From Aplysia californica (Eukaryota): a DNA stretch of 64,000 nucleotides. The stretch spans positions 108,383-172,382 of the forward strand of contig NW_004797719.1 in assembly GCF_000002075.1 (NCBI RefSeq), read 5' to 3'. A program made the position numbers and the translations under genes. Below, piece by piece: positions 26,601-36,400 of this stretch (within the stretch, counting starts at the first letter, position 1; each line of letters begins with the position of its first letter). The notes under the pieces were generated by a model. The model was not told the DNA's origin. It worked only from the letters and a program-made list of their open reading frames with translations, and did not search any database.

Positions 26601-29600
26601 TTGGTTTGGTGATTCTCCCTATCTCTCATGTCTCGCGTGAATGTTTCAGAGTGAGTTCATCCACACGGCGTGCGACCCCCATGAGTCTCAGATCGCTGGA
26701 GGTTGGTGCATTTTCCTATATATATATAAAAAAAACAGGAAACGTATCGATGGTGTTGTGTTCTAACTGTGCTGCTACAAGAAATAGGTCAACTTTTAAA
26801 ATGTTTTCTTTCATTGCCACTGCAGGTCGAGGGCTGCCAAGTAAACTATGGTAAATCATATTTTCAAATGTTACAGGACAGACTAAAAAACATATTTTCT
26901 TGAAGCGTTTTGGGTGGATAAACTTAATTATCATAAGGGAGCCTAATGTCTGTCATGGCATTTGTAGGCTCTCTTATGAAAATAAAGTTTATCCACTCAA
27001 AACGCTTCAAGAAAATACATTTTTTTTGTCTTTCCTGTAAAATTTGAAAAACCTGACTTACCATAGTTTACTTGGCGGCCCTCCAGATGAAAGTTAAGAG
27101 TCAGCATGATGTTGTTAATGCGATAGTTGAATGATATCAGGTATTTTGTCTGTAGTTTGAGATTCGCACTGAAGTAGGCCTATTTGTCTGGGCAAAGGGT
27201 GAAAATGTTCTTGCTATCCACAGTTTTGAATTTTCATTTGTACGCAATACCAACTAGCTAATGTTGATTTATATTATGGTCGGAGAGGTTGAGAAAGTTG
27301 TCTTCAATATCTTTGGCTTTTTTTACTGACAGAGGATTCCGAGGTGGGACGTAAGCTCAGTGGATGTCTTTTGGGGCTTTACAGGAGTTGTCCTGTTCAA
27401 GTTGTTAAAGGAGCTTTCTTGAACTTCAGAGGGTTTTTTGTTTTTGTTTTTTTGGCAGTTTTCATGATTCTCTGCCTACTTGGCTTGGTTCATTATAATA
27501 ATAATAATAATAAATGGATTTATAATGCGCCAGAATCCACAAAAAGTGCTCAGTGGAGCTACAAAACTCACACTCACACACACACACAGACACACACACC
27601 CACAAAAGCACTAAAGCTCAGTACCACTATGACATGCTTTAATTTTTATTTTTTTTTAAGTTTTGCCTTTTAAATAACTGTACAATCATGACAGAAGTGC
27701 TACACCCATGCAATTACAGGGGATTACAATATGTCCAAATATTCCACGTATTGACACATGCCTGTGTTGTGACATGGTATTGACAGGCACCCATGTTGTG
27801 TCCTCAGTACGCCTCCACAAGTCGGACTGCGGCGCAGAGAGCGTGTGTCTGGTGGCCTCGTCCTGCGTCCAGCCCTCCGTGTCGCTCGGCACCTACACGC
27901 TCGAGTGGAGAAGGTCAGTGGCTCGTGTCGCGTGCTGGGTGGTGGGGAACGTGGGAATGTGAAGAAGAAGAGGAATCTTCTCCCCCTCCTCTTCTGCTNN
28001 NNNNNNNNNNNNNNNNNNNNNNNNNNNNNNNNNNNNNNNNNNNNNNNNNNNNNNNNNNNNNNNNNNNNNNNNNNNNNNNNNNNNNNNNNNNNNNNNNNNN
28101 NNNNNNNNNNNNNNNNNNNNNNNNNNNNNNNNNNNNNNNNNNNNNNNNNNNNNNNNNNNNNNNNNNNNNNNNNNNNNNNNNNNNNNNNNNNNNNNNNNNN
28201 NNNGGTGGGAGGTTGTCAGCATCCTTTGTATCCATTTTAGAAGAAAGAAAATCATTTGTGTGTGGGTTTGCCAGAAAAGCATTTATAAAAGGCACAAAAA
28301 AGAAATAATTTCCAGTTTCCAAGGAAAGTTTGAGCTTTTAAAGTCGCCACTCCTTGGCAGTCATTTTCTTGCTAATTTTACCTCTACCTAATTCAATCTC
28401 TGAAATGTCTCAAATTCTATTCAAAGATAAATAGACACTTTTTTAAAATCAAAAGCAAAACAAATGGACCAGCTTTATGATTTTACCATGCCTCTGCAAG
28501 CTCCAAAATTGACGAGCACCCGATTCCATCCTGTTGTGACACATTTGGTCACTTCTAAGGACAAGGGGTTGACCCAGATTTCGGGAGTTTCCAGAAATCT
28601 TGACCTACACCAAAAGTGGCCATTGCCTTACCTATAGGAGAAGTTGTTTTTATTTTAGGCAACTGCTTAAGGTCATATGAGCGCCAGAAAATTAGAGGTG
28701 TTACAAGAGATTAACAAACATAAAAAAAGAAGAAGGAGAAGTTTGGTTTCATTAATATGTATATTTGTTTGGTTATAGAGAAAACTCTCCTTGTCTTTGA
28801 AAGAAACTGAACCTTCGATTTTCTCAAAACAGTATTTTTTTCAGGATAGCCCCCTTGTGCTTAAAAGCGTTTTCGGGATAGCCCCCTTGTGCTTAAAAGC
28901 GTTTTCGGGATAGCCCCCTTGTGCTTAAAAGCGTTTTCGGGATAGCCCCCTTGTGCTTAAAAGTGACACATTTGTTCTTCCTCCCTCAGACTGTCGTCCG
29001 GTAGCAAAGAGTTGCCGTACGTGCAGAGTCGTTTCCCCTTGCCCACGGTGAACATCGAGCACATCCCGATCACGGTCCACGTGGCCGTGCCGGCGTTCGG
29101 CCGCGTCAAGACATTGCTGCCGCTGTGCTACGTGGTGAAGAACCGAACCCCGTACGTTCAGGAGATCCAGATCAGCATGGAGTCCACGGACAGCTTCATG
29201 TTCTCGGGGAACAAGCAGGTAAAAGCTTGGGCTACAAGTAGAAAGTACGCAGGGGTGGAAATTTTCCCGTAACTTTATTGAAATCCGTAATTTTGATTTA
29301 CTTCGTCATTTTCCGTAAGTGGTCTCCGTAAGCGCTCGGTCTACCTACTTTCAACGGTGAGTTATTCTACTATGTTTGTATGTATGTATGGATGACCAAC
29401 CTCCCTCGGTATTGGAGCAGAAGAGTTACCATCCACGCCCTCCCCTGGTTGTCCCCAGAGCCGGCACCCACCAACCACCCACACTATTCTACCATGACCG
29501 TCCTTTGTTGTCCCCAGAGCCAGCTACGAGTGTTGCCGGGCCAGGAGTATAAGCTCCACTACCCTAGGACACCCGCCAATCACCCACACTATTTTATAAT

Positions 29601-31624
29601 ATATATATATATATATATATCTATTATCTATTTGTGGTGGCGGAATTTTGCTATTCAAAAGGCTTTTTAATGGCTGCATCGATCAACATGCGGTTTTCGC
29701 CAAAAGATTCTTTAAAATATTCTCCAGATCATGACGCCCTTGGTTTTTTCAATTTTGAGACAGTTTTGCTGTAAGAAACTAAACTTCTTTATTTCGCCGA
29801 TCGCTTTTGTAGGCCGATGCTTCTGTCTCTGTAATTTTAGAAAATCCGGAAGTGATATTTTGCGAAGGCGCATTTTGTTTTGAGAGCATAGATCTATAAT
29901 TTTTTGCACCTCTCAAGATTTATTGCCCCATTCCAGTAGAGTGTAAATATAGTAGGCCAATGACTTTTAGTTGATATTAAAGCACCGATCATTCCTTTCT
30001 TCGAAAGGGGCCCCAGCTAGTGTATATATAGATATATATATCTATCTATCTATCTATCTATGTGTAGACACTACCACCAAGGTCTCTCTATACCCCCAGA
30101 GCCAACTGCGAGTATTGCCGGGCCAGGAGTACAAGCTCCACTACAACTTCTTCCCCCTGGTGGCAGGTCAGGTGACCCTTCCCAGGCTGCACCTGGACAT
30201 GATGCGCTACCCGGGGACCATGGATGACATCATCAACAAGATGCTGCCCACGCACATATTTATACGGGTGAGATACTCACATTTATCACACACATATTTA
30301 TACGGGTGAGAATGTTATGTTTATTATATAATAATAATAAATAGCATTTGTATAGCGCATTCCCCCGCTCAACAGCAAGCTCTATGAGCTTTACACTATC
30401 TATATGTGTGCCCCTAGAGAAAGGTACCGAAAGTCGCCCGAGACCGTTTCGAGCTACAGGCAGATAATGACAAAAATCACTTTTTTGACCAAAATGTGTT
30501 TCCTTAAAAAAAAGATAGATCCAACAATTTTTTACTATGTGTTCAAAGGGTTTTCATTGATTTGACTTCTAAATGTTTTATTTTGAATTATTTTGAGGGA
30601 AGGGTATATTAAAAACAATAATGAAAACTGCATTTAAAAGGCTAAAAGGTGTTAAGATCTATTCTTGAGGCACGTTTTCTCTTCCCTGCTATGTTTCACC
30701 ATTGAATTCCATTCATGATATCGATGTCAACTGAATGCCAAATTGGAAGTGAATTTTCCATGAATAAATACATTAAAAAAATCTTTTTTTAAAAAGTTTA
30801 TATGTGTTCTCACGTTTATTAAACTTAAAAGCTTATTTTCTCCAAATTATATTTTTATTCCTTACCTTGCAAAATGTGCAATATCTCAAAACTACTTGAG
30901 ATATTTTAAAACTTCAAAAAACCCTGTGTTCATCATTGAATTTCCTATAATTTTGGTACCTTTCTTTTGGCACACACATATTATTACCCCAGCAGATCTT
31001 AGAACATTGAGAAACATTCTCAGCTTCCCAGGAAGCATACAGTGCAAGCAGCTGATTAAGTGCTCAAACACTAACAAACTGACAAAATCTTTCGCTGTCT
31101 ATAGCCGGGTACCCATCCACCTGGATGAAGGGAGGAAAATTACTGTAAAGTGCCTTTCCCAAGGACACAACGTCGGGGTCCCTGACAGGATTCAAACCCT
31201 CGACCTTATGGTTACGAGTCTGAGAGTGTAACCACAGGCCACCAACACCACAAGGTGGTCATCTAGAACAATCCTTCGGCTCTCCTTTGTGAAGGATGGC
31301 TGTGGGCTGCTGATTTGACAACTTGAGACAGGAAAAGTTGAAAATCTCTGACTTTTAGAGCAAGCAAAGTGTTTGCTGAACTGTCATTTAACAATTTATG
31401 TGCTGCAGTTTGATGATTTTTTTTGTTTTTTGTTTTGTTTTGTTTGGGGTTGGTTCTTTTGTGTATATTCCTGCTTTTCCATTTCACTGCTGTCATCTGT
31501 TTTTCTTGTGGGTTTTTTTCCTAACCTTCTCTGTTTCCATTAATTTCTCTAACAGAATTTGAAATTTATTTTTTTATTTTTTTTATTTCAGCCTATTGGA
31601 AAGACACCCCCAGGATCTACCTAA
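3748..31624 (+). CDS. TRAPPC11: Trafficking protein particle complex subunit 11 (TRAPP III subunit, Foie gras/Gryzun family); complete spliced CDS, 31 coding exons, 1120 aa
   Basis: Manually spliced exons 3748-3948,4353-4522,5387-5457,6084-6198,7416-7515,7974-8047,8906-9002,9510-9643,10424-10565,11361-11454,11785-11864,12589-12667,13369-13423,14170-14315,14758-14819,15488-15614,15922-15994,16402-16459,17693-17851,18903-19081,20475-20600,21460-21506,22304-22395,23473-23532,24742-24867,25770-25877,26650-26701,27808-27913,28990-29218,30100-30267,31592-31624 sum to 3363 nt, all GT-AG and phase-consistent. Peptides recognised as TRAPPC11: [57 protein letters not shown]. Confidence 0.97.
4353..4522 (+). 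CDS. TRAPPC11: TRAPPC11 coding exon 2 ([15 protein letters not shown]...RVEIVR)
   Basis: cag|AGA ... CG|gtaatt; conserved peptide. Confidence 0.96.
4570..5290. repeat. Composite minisatellite (gacagttatattatgagttt core) in TRAPPC11 intron 2
   Basis: Direct tandem repeats of ~20- and ~47-bp units. Confidence 0.9.
5387..5457 (+). CDS. TRAPPC11: TRAPPC11 coding exon 3 ([23 protein letters not shown])
   Basis: ctacag| ... G|gtaatg; phase fits. Confidence 0.95.
6084..6198 (+). CDS. TRAPPC11: TRAPPC11 coding exon 4 ([10 protein letters not shown]...[13 protein letters not shown])
   Basis: tacag| ... AG|gtgagt. Confidence 0.95.
6862..7015 (-). mobile_element. RTE-clade LINE 3' fragment
   Basis: [39 protein letters not shown] followed by (GA)n tail. 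Confidence 0.75.
7416..7515 (+). CDS. TRAPPC11: TRAPPC11 coding exon 5 ([10 protein letters not shown]...FLNKTTHQ)
   Basis: cacag| ... CAG|gtgaga. Confidence 0.96.
7974..8047 (+). CDS. TRAPPC11: TRAPPC11 coding exon 6 ([19 protein letters not shown]...)
   Basis: ttctcag| ... AA|gtgcgt. Confidence 0.95.
8906..9002 (+). CDS. TRAPPC11: TRAPPC11 coding exon 7 (HYKQAYGY...[11 protein letters not shown])
   Basis: cccag| ... AAG|gtgaga. Confidence 0.95.
9510..9643 (+). CDS. TRAPPC11: TRAPPC11 coding exon 8 ([21 protein letters not shown]...AWMSKQ)
   Basis: ttcatag| ... CA|gtgagt. Confidence 0.95.
9880..10190. repeat. 38-bp minisatellite, ~8 copies
   Basis: ttttttgttctttccctgagtaggtggttgctgggtgt. 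Confidence 0.92.
10424..10565 (+). CDS. TRAPPC11: TRAPPC11 coding exon 9 ([32 protein letters not shown]...)
   Basis: ccccag| ... ATG|gtacgt; Foie-gras domain core. Confidence 0.95.
11361..11454 (+). CDS. TRAPPC11: TRAPPC11 coding exon 10 (...[13 protein letters not shown])
   Basis: ccccag| ... A|gtgagt. Confidence 0.93.
11785..11864 (+). CDS. TRAPPC11: TRAPPC11 coding exon 11 ([26 protein letters not shown])
   Basis: ccccag| ... TCG|gtgagt. Confidence 0.93.
12589..12667 (+). CDS. TRAPPC11: TRAPPC11 coding exon 12 ([26 protein letters not shown])
   Basis: tttcag| ... A|gtgagt. Confidence 0.95.
13369..13423 (+). CDS. TRAPPC11: TRAPPC11 coding exon 13 ([17 protein letters not shown])
   Basis: ctccag| ... 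AT|gtgagt. Confidence 0.95.
14170..14315 (+). CDS. TRAPPC11: TRAPPC11 coding exon 14 ([18 protein letters not shown]...MELIGR)
   Basis: ttccag| ... T|gtatcctt (U12-type donor). Confidence 0.94.
14316..14757 (+). other. U12-type (minor spliceosome) GT-AG intron of TRAPPC11
   Basis: 5' end GTATCCTTG; branch motif TCTTAAC at 14741-14747, 10 nt before the terminal CAG; no polypyrimidine tract; phase 1 required by flanking exons. Confidence 0.88.
14411..14587 (+). mobile_element. Short (~170 bp) retroposon 'family A'; other copies 7768-7943, 10171-10345, 17491-17670 (+) and 39350-39525, 42910-43775, 44805-44975, 44978-45147, 51295-51471 (-)
   Basis: Shared sequence gtgggtggttggcgggtgctct...gttgcaagtgccgtaaaac..actaa; this copy has an 11-bp TSD gaagtcaaaga (14400-14410 / 14588-14598). 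Confidence 0.85.
14758..14819 (+). CDS. TRAPPC11: TRAPPC11 coding exon 15 ([20 protein letters not shown])
   Basis: cctcag| ... ACG|gtgagt. Confidence 0.9.
15488..15614 (+). CDS. TRAPPC11: TRAPPC11 coding exon 16 ([14 protein letters not shown]...HGLLPF)
   Basis: ccag immediately after an N gap; A|gtgagt; phase fits. Confidence 0.9.
15922..15994 (+). CDS. TRAPPC11: TRAPPC11 coding exon 17 ([23 protein letters not shown])
   Basis: ttacag| ... AG|gtagag. Confidence 0.88.
16402..16459 (+). CDS. TRAPPC11: TRAPPC11 coding exon 18 ([19 protein letters not shown])
   Basis: tcacag| ... CAG|gtgaga. Confidence 0.92.
17693..17851 (+). CDS. TRAPPC11: TRAPPC11 coding exon 19 (KYNPHCLL...[11 protein letters not shown])
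   Basis: gtgcag| ... GAG|gtatag. Confidence 0.92.
17831..18085 (+). repeat. 28-29-bp tandem repeat, 9 copies, spanning the exon 19 donor
   Basis: gatgtgagaaacagatagag|gtaaggaa variants. Confidence 0.92.
18903..19081 (+). CDS. TRAPPC11: TRAPPC11 coding exon 20 ([26 protein letters not shown]...)
   Basis: ctccag| ... AG|gtcagg. Confidence 0.92.
19089..19501 (-). mobile_element. Full-length family B copy, antisense to TRAPPC11
   Basis: Reverse complement of 24907-25312 along its length. Confidence 0.8.
19996..20442. mobile_element. ~440 bp non-autonomous DNA transposon/MITE with imperfect TIRs; copies near 12080-12470, 18459-18877 (inverted), 28290-28545, 41048-41450, 41529-41965
   Basis: Ends tgtgagrcag.gtggtgaaatcagg..cttgtcaa and ttgacaaga.cctgattccaccgcgtcgtgacacattt; shared internal tttggcagccattttctc. 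Confidence 0.75.
20475..20600 (+). CDS. TRAPPC11: TRAPPC11 coding exon 21 ([24 protein letters not shown]...KDV)
   Basis: ctctag| ... CG|gtgaga. Confidence 0.93.
21460..21506 (+). CDS. TRAPPC11: TRAPPC11 coding exon 22 ([15 protein letters not shown])
   Basis: cacag| ... A|gtgagt; bridges phase 2 to phase 1. Confidence 0.85.
22304..22395 (+). CDS. TRAPPC11: TRAPPC11 coding exon 23 ([13 protein letters not shown]...LRKGES)
   Basis: ttttcag| ... TCG|gtgagt. Confidence 0.88.
22723..22958. mobile_element. MITE with ~38-bp TIRs (related copy 10618-10850)
   Basis: ggggaaaaacgacggtagtcacaaactggaaattgtga / tcacgattttcagttttgtgactaccgtcgtttttcccc. Confidence 0.75.
23473..23532 (+). CDS. TRAPPC11: TRAPPC11 coding exon 24 ([20 protein letters not shown])
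   Basis: ttgcag| ... ACA|gtaagt. Confidence 0.88.
23945..24297 (+). mobile_element. Decayed RTE-clade LINE 3' fragment
   Basis: [30 protein letters not shown]... then cacttgatgatggtgatgatgat tail. Confidence 0.7.
24742..24867 (+). CDS. TRAPPC11: TRAPPC11 coding exon 25 (VNYKVDV...[13 protein letters not shown])
   Basis: gtccag| ... AAA|gtaagt. Confidence 0.93.
24907..25312 (+). mobile_element. Dispersed ~410 bp retroposon-like 'family B' sharing its 3' end with family A; partial copies 7554-7767, 33130-33255 (+), 51472-51645 (-)
   Basis: caccccccggggcagtgccactgactgaag...ggcgctcatatgacc..atgcagtt..gagcgccgtaaaac + A-rich tail. Confidence 0.8.
25770..25877 (+). CDS. TRAPPC11: TRAPPC11 coding exon 26 ([15 protein letters not shown]...[14 protein letters not shown])
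   Basis: tcccag| ... CTG|gtacct. Confidence 0.92.
26650..26701 (+). CDS. TRAPPC11: TRAPPC11 coding exon 27 ([17 protein letters not shown])
   Basis: tttcag| ... G|gttggt; phase fits. Confidence 0.85.
26830..27082. mobile_element. MITE/fold-back with ~95-bp inverted arms
   Basis: agggctgccaagtaaactatggtaa...ggataaactt versus aagtttatcc...ttaccatagtttacttggcggccct. Confidence 0.8.
27808..27913 (+). CDS. TRAPPC11: TRAPPC11 coding exon 28 ([14 protein letters not shown]...GTYTLEWR)
   Basis: cctcag| ... AG|gtcagt. Confidence 0.92.
28845..28962. repeat. 32-bp tandem repeat, ~4 copies, upstream of exon 29
   Basis: ggatagcccccttgtgcttaaaagcgttttcg. Confidence 0.9.
28990..29218 (+). CDS. TRAPPC11: TRAPPC11 coding exon 29 ([11 protein letters not shown]...[10 protein letters not shown])
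   Basis: cctcag| ... CAG|gtaaaa; Gryzun C-terminal region. Confidence 0.95.
30100..30267 (+). CDS. TRAPPC11: TRAPPC11 coding exon 30 ([23 protein letters not shown]...LPTHIFIR)
   Basis: cccccag| ... CGG|gtgaga. Confidence 0.94.
30990..31260 (-). mobile_element. tRNA-derived SINE (related copies 8080-8290 +, 50868-51180 +)
   Basis: A-box-like ggtggcctgtggtt, B-box-like ggtttgaatcc, then ttgtgtccttgggaaaggcactttac core. Confidence 0.75.
31592..31624 (+). CDS. TRAPPC11: TRAPPC11 last coding exon ([10 protein letters not shown])
   Basis: Long T tract + ttcag|CCT; TAA at 31622-31624; AATAAA ~95 nt downstream. Confidence 0.85.
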   Translation, partial: PIGKTPPGST

Positions 31625-31719
31625 GGTTTTTAGAACTGCTTTCTTCCTAAGTGTGCAATAGATATATTCATTATAATATTCTGTATGTGGATTGCTTGAT
31701 GCGAGCTGAATAGATGATA

Positions 31720-33022
31720 AATAAAAGTTACCAGAGTATGTTATGGTGTTTATATCTGCAAGATAAAAGTTTTCTGAACATATGTTATGTATCGCTTGTA
31801 TTCATTTTATTTTCCCTCTTTATGGCACTTTTATATATGAGGAAGATTTATGTATGTAAAGAAATGTTAGCTTTTCGTTGAGTGGCTATAAAGGTGTATC
31901 CTTGAGCAATACACCTCAGTATTCTCTCTCTTTTATTCTATGTGTCTGTCGGTCTCTGTCTTACTCTGTCTGTCTGTCTCTTCTCTTCTCCCCCCCCTCC
32001 CTATACTGTGATGGCAAGTAGTTGTGGAGATGTGTCTGTCTGTCTGTCTGTCTGTCTGTTTTGGACAAATAGTACAGTGCATGCTGCGTGAATGAAAACG
32101 TGATGGTTGGTGAATCCCAAAGTTCCTTGAGGACAATTAGAATAGTGGTGATTCCCGTCCTCACATTACTTGCTCTTTTTTTTTTTTTTTATCTTGTTGA
32201 TAATGCCTGGAAAAAGCGTACTCATTAAAATAAAAGCATCTTGTCTGGGGCATTTTGGACTTTACTTTTAACATTCCAGAAATGTCCATCCTATGTTAAC
32301 ACTGCACACAGAGCAGAGAGCCTTGTATATTGTCCTTATTCACAGCCGTGGTCAAGTCTTCAACCACAGTACCAGTCTATCGATGTGTTTTGTACAATAC
32401 TGTAATCTACGTGTATTTTCTCCATCATAAAGACAACAAGAGATGACTGGGTCAGAAATCTTTTTTTGGTGAGGCGGTCAGAGTGGGTGCAAGTGGAATG
32501 TGTTTTGTTCTGGCGATGGTTTTTAAAAGTATTTTATTTTTCTAGACTTGTGTTTAAAATTGAAGCTTCTGGTGATCATTGGGAATAATTTTCGAGACCG
32601 TGTAGCATTTGCAGCTTACAAATAATATGGTGGGTTAAAAGCTTTCTCTAACTCTAAGTAATGACAGTATGGACGCGTTTTATATGTGGTTATTTATCTC
32701 TTTGGTGAATTGGGGGCCTCTGCTTGATGGTCTAAATCTGTGAAAACAATGAGGCTAAAATGATCTAATATTCATATTATATATACAGACTGCCAAGTTT
32801 CTTCAGAAGTATTTAACACACACACACACACCCTTCCCCCCTCCTTCTATTTGGACAGCTTCGTATCAACGTGTGATCATTTATCTATTCGGGTGGATAG
32901 TTTGCTCTCTTTGACGGACAATTGTATGACTGTATGTCGTAAATGCACGTTCGTTCTCACTTTGAATATTTCATATATATAGAAATATTTGTAGTTGTTA
33001 CTGTCAGAATGGTTTGAATAAA
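31720..33022 (+). terminator. Candidate TRAPPC11 polyadenylation signals (AATAAA at 31720, 32229, 33017)
   Basis: Hexamers downstream of the stop; the 33017 signal is followed by GT/T-rich sequence. Confidence 0.55.
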
Positions 33023-33257
33023 CTGAATGTCTTCACTGGTACACAACATGTGGCTTCTCATTATTGACCTTGTCTCTGTTGGCACTCTTCTGTGTTGGTT
33101 CTTAAGTTGATCTTAACTAAAAATTCTGGTGTTGTTGAGACTACAGAGGTGAGCAGAGTAAGTCTGATGTTAGGACTTCTCTGTTGACATCCACCCCTTG
33201 GCGCTCATATAACCTTATGCAGTTGCGAGCGTTGTAAAATGTTACTAACACTAAAAC

Positions 33258-33438
33258 CTGTCCCCGTGGTTTTCTGCACCCCGCAGAATTCAGCAAAACT
33301 TGATCATTTTTTGCATAATTTCTGATTGTTTCCCTTTATCGTTCTTCGTCAAAATTCACAGAATCGCAGAATTTCACATTTCGGGGCTCAGTTTGCTTAA
33401 TTTCAGAATTTTTCTTGCCTAAAACGACGGGGACAGTA
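33258..33438. mobile_element. ~180 bp MITE (inverted copy at 47286-47463)
   Basis: TIR ctgtccccgt(g/c)gtttt ... aaaacgacggggacag. Confidence 0.7.
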
Positions 33439-33479
33439 AAACTGAAGATTTGGGGGGAAAAAAGGTTCTGTGATTAGAG

Positions 33480-36400
33480 TTTATTTCTAGTTTATTTTCT
33501 AGTTCATCCCTTATATTTTCTAACTCCTCACAGTATTTTCTAGCTCCATCCCTAGTATTTTCCAGCTCTCCCCAAGTATCCCTAAGTTTTTCTAGATCAT
33601 TCCAAGTATTTTTAGGTGATCCCCAAAATTTGCCAGTAGTTTCTAGCCCATTCACCATATTTTCGGGCTTATCACTTATATATTCTCAAGTATTTTCTAG
33701 CTCATATCAAATACTTCCTAGCTCAATCCTAAAATTTTCTAGCCCATCCCTACTATTTTTAGGTCATCCCCAGCATTTTCTAGATCCTCCCCACTATTTT
33801 CTAGTTCATCCCTTGTATTTTAAAACTCGTCCCCAATATTTTCTAGTTCATCCCCAATATTTTCAAGTTCATCCCCAGTATTCTCTAGTATTTTCTAGAT
33901 ATTTCCCACTAATTTCTAGCTCATTCCCAGTATTTTTTAGCAAAACCCCACTATTTTCCAGATCACTACCTCTATTTTCTAGATGATCCACTGTATTTTC
34001 AAGCTCATACCCAGTTTTTAATACTTTATAGCTCAAGCACAGTATTTTCTAGCTCATTCCTAATATTTTGAAGTTTATCTCCAACATTTTGTAGCTCATC
34101 CCCAATATTTTTCATCTCAACCCTATATTTACTAGCTCATCCTCAATATTAATTTCTAATTCATCCCCAATATTCCTTTCAATCTTATTACAAATATTTT
34201 TTAGTTCACCCCAACTATTACGTACATCGTCCCCAGTCTTTTCTAGATCATTCTCACTATTTTCTAGGAGACAATGTAGAAAATAGTGGTGGTGATGTAG
34301 AAAATAATTGGGATGATACAGACTGTGTAATATATAGAAAATAGTGGGGAAGATGTAGAAAATATTTGGGATCAGTTAATAAATAGTGGAGATGATCGAA
34401 AAAATAATGGGGATAAGGTAGAACATAGTGGGGANNNNNNNNNNNNNNNNNNNNNNNNNNNNNNNNNNNNNNNNNNNNNNNNNNNNNNNNNNNNNNNNNN
34501 NNNNNNNNNNNNNNNNNNNNNNNNNNNNNNNNNNNNNNNNNNNNNNNNNNNNNNNNNNNNNNNNNNNNNNNNNNNNNNNNNNNNNNNNNNNNNNNNNNNN
34601 NNNNNNNNNNNNNNNNNNNNNNNNNNNNNNNNNNNNNNNNNNNNNNNNNNNNNNNNNNNNNNNNNNNNNNNNNNNNNNNNNNNNNNNNNNNNNNNNNNNN
34701 NNNNNNNNNNNNNNNNNNNNNNNNNNNNNNNNNNNNNNNNNNNNNNNNNNNNNNNNNNNNNNNNNNNNNNNNNNNNNNNNNNNNNNNNNNNNNNNNNNNN
34801 NNNNNNNNNNNNNNNNNNNNNNNNNNNNNNNNNNNNNNNNNNNNNNNNNNNNNNNNNNNNNNNNNNNNNNNNNNNNNNNNNNNNNNNNNNNNNNNNNNNN
34901 NNNNNNNNNNNNNNNNNNNNNNNNNNNNNNNNNNNNNNNNNNNNNNNNNNNNNATAGTTGGGATGATGTAGAAAATAGTTGGGATGATGTAGAAAATAGT
35001 GATTATGATGTAGAAAATAGTTGGGATGATGTAGAAAATAGTTGGGATGATGTAGAAAATAGTTGGGATGATGTAGAAAATAGTGATTATGATGTAGAAA
35101 ATAGTTGGGATGATGTAGAAAATAGTTGGGATGATGTAGAAAATAGTTGGGATGATGTAGAAAATAGTGATTATGATGTAGAAAATAGTGGGGATGATGT
35201 AGAAAATAGTGGGGATGATGTAGAAAATAGTGGGGATGATGTAGAAAATAGTGGGGATGATGTAGAAAATAGTGGGGATGATGTAGAAAATAGTGGGGAT
35301 GATGTAGAAAATAGTGGGGATGATGTAGAAAATAGTGGGGATGATGTAGAAAATAGTGGGGATGATGTAGAAAATAGTGATGATGATGTAGAAAATAGTG
35401 GGGATGATGTAGAAAATAGTTGGGATGATGTAGAAAATAGTTGGGATGATGTAGAAAATAGTGGGAAAGGTGTAGAAAATAGTTTGAAGGAGCTTTAAAA
35501 AATCGTTTGGATGATGTAGAAAATAGTGGAAAAGGTGTAGAAAATAGTTTGGATGATCTAAAAGATAGTTGGGGTCAGCTAGGAAATAGTGGGGATTTAT
35601 GTAGAAAATATTTGGAATGAGCTAAAATAATAGTTGAGATGAGCTAGGAAATAGTGGAGATGTAGAAAATGGTGTGGATGATGTAAAAAATAGTGTGAAA
35701 GATGTAAAAAAAAGAGTATGGATGATGTAGAAAATATTTGGGATGATGTAGAAAATAGTGGATGTGAGGTAGAGAGTAGTGGGAAAGATGTAAAAAATAG
35801 TTGGAATGATGTAATAAGTAGTGGGGATGAGCTAAAAAATAGTTGGGGTGGGCTAGGAAATAGTGGGGATGATGTAGAAAATAGTGGGGATGATGTAGAA
35901 AATAGTGGGGATGATGTAGAAAATAGTGGGGATGATGTAGAAAATAGTGGGGATGATGTAGAAAATAGTAATTATGATGTAGAAAATAGTAATTAAGATG
36001 TAGAAAATAGTGATTATGATGTAGAAAACAGTTGGGGTGATGTACAAAATAGTGATTATGATGTAGAAAATAGTGATTATGATGTAAAAAATAGTGATTA
36101 TGATGTAGAAATTAGTGATTATGATGTAGAAAATAGTGATTATGATGTAGAAAATAGTTGGGATGATGTACAAAATAGTGGGGGTGATGTAGAAAGTAGT
36201 TGACATGAGCTAAAAAATAGTGTGGATGATATAGAAAATAGTGGGAAAGATGTAAAAAATAGTTGTGATGATGCAGAAAATTATGGGGCTGATGTAAAAA
36301 GTACTGCAGATGAAGTAGAAAATAACTGGGACGAATTTTTAACAAAGTTGGGGTGAGCTAGGAAATAGTGGAGATAATGTAGAAAATTGTGGGGATGATG

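Noticed and set aside
31150-31260. tRNA genes (also 8080-8165, 40240-40310, 50868-50940)
   Set aside because: Degenerate A/B boxes run into SINE body sequence; no full cloverleaf.
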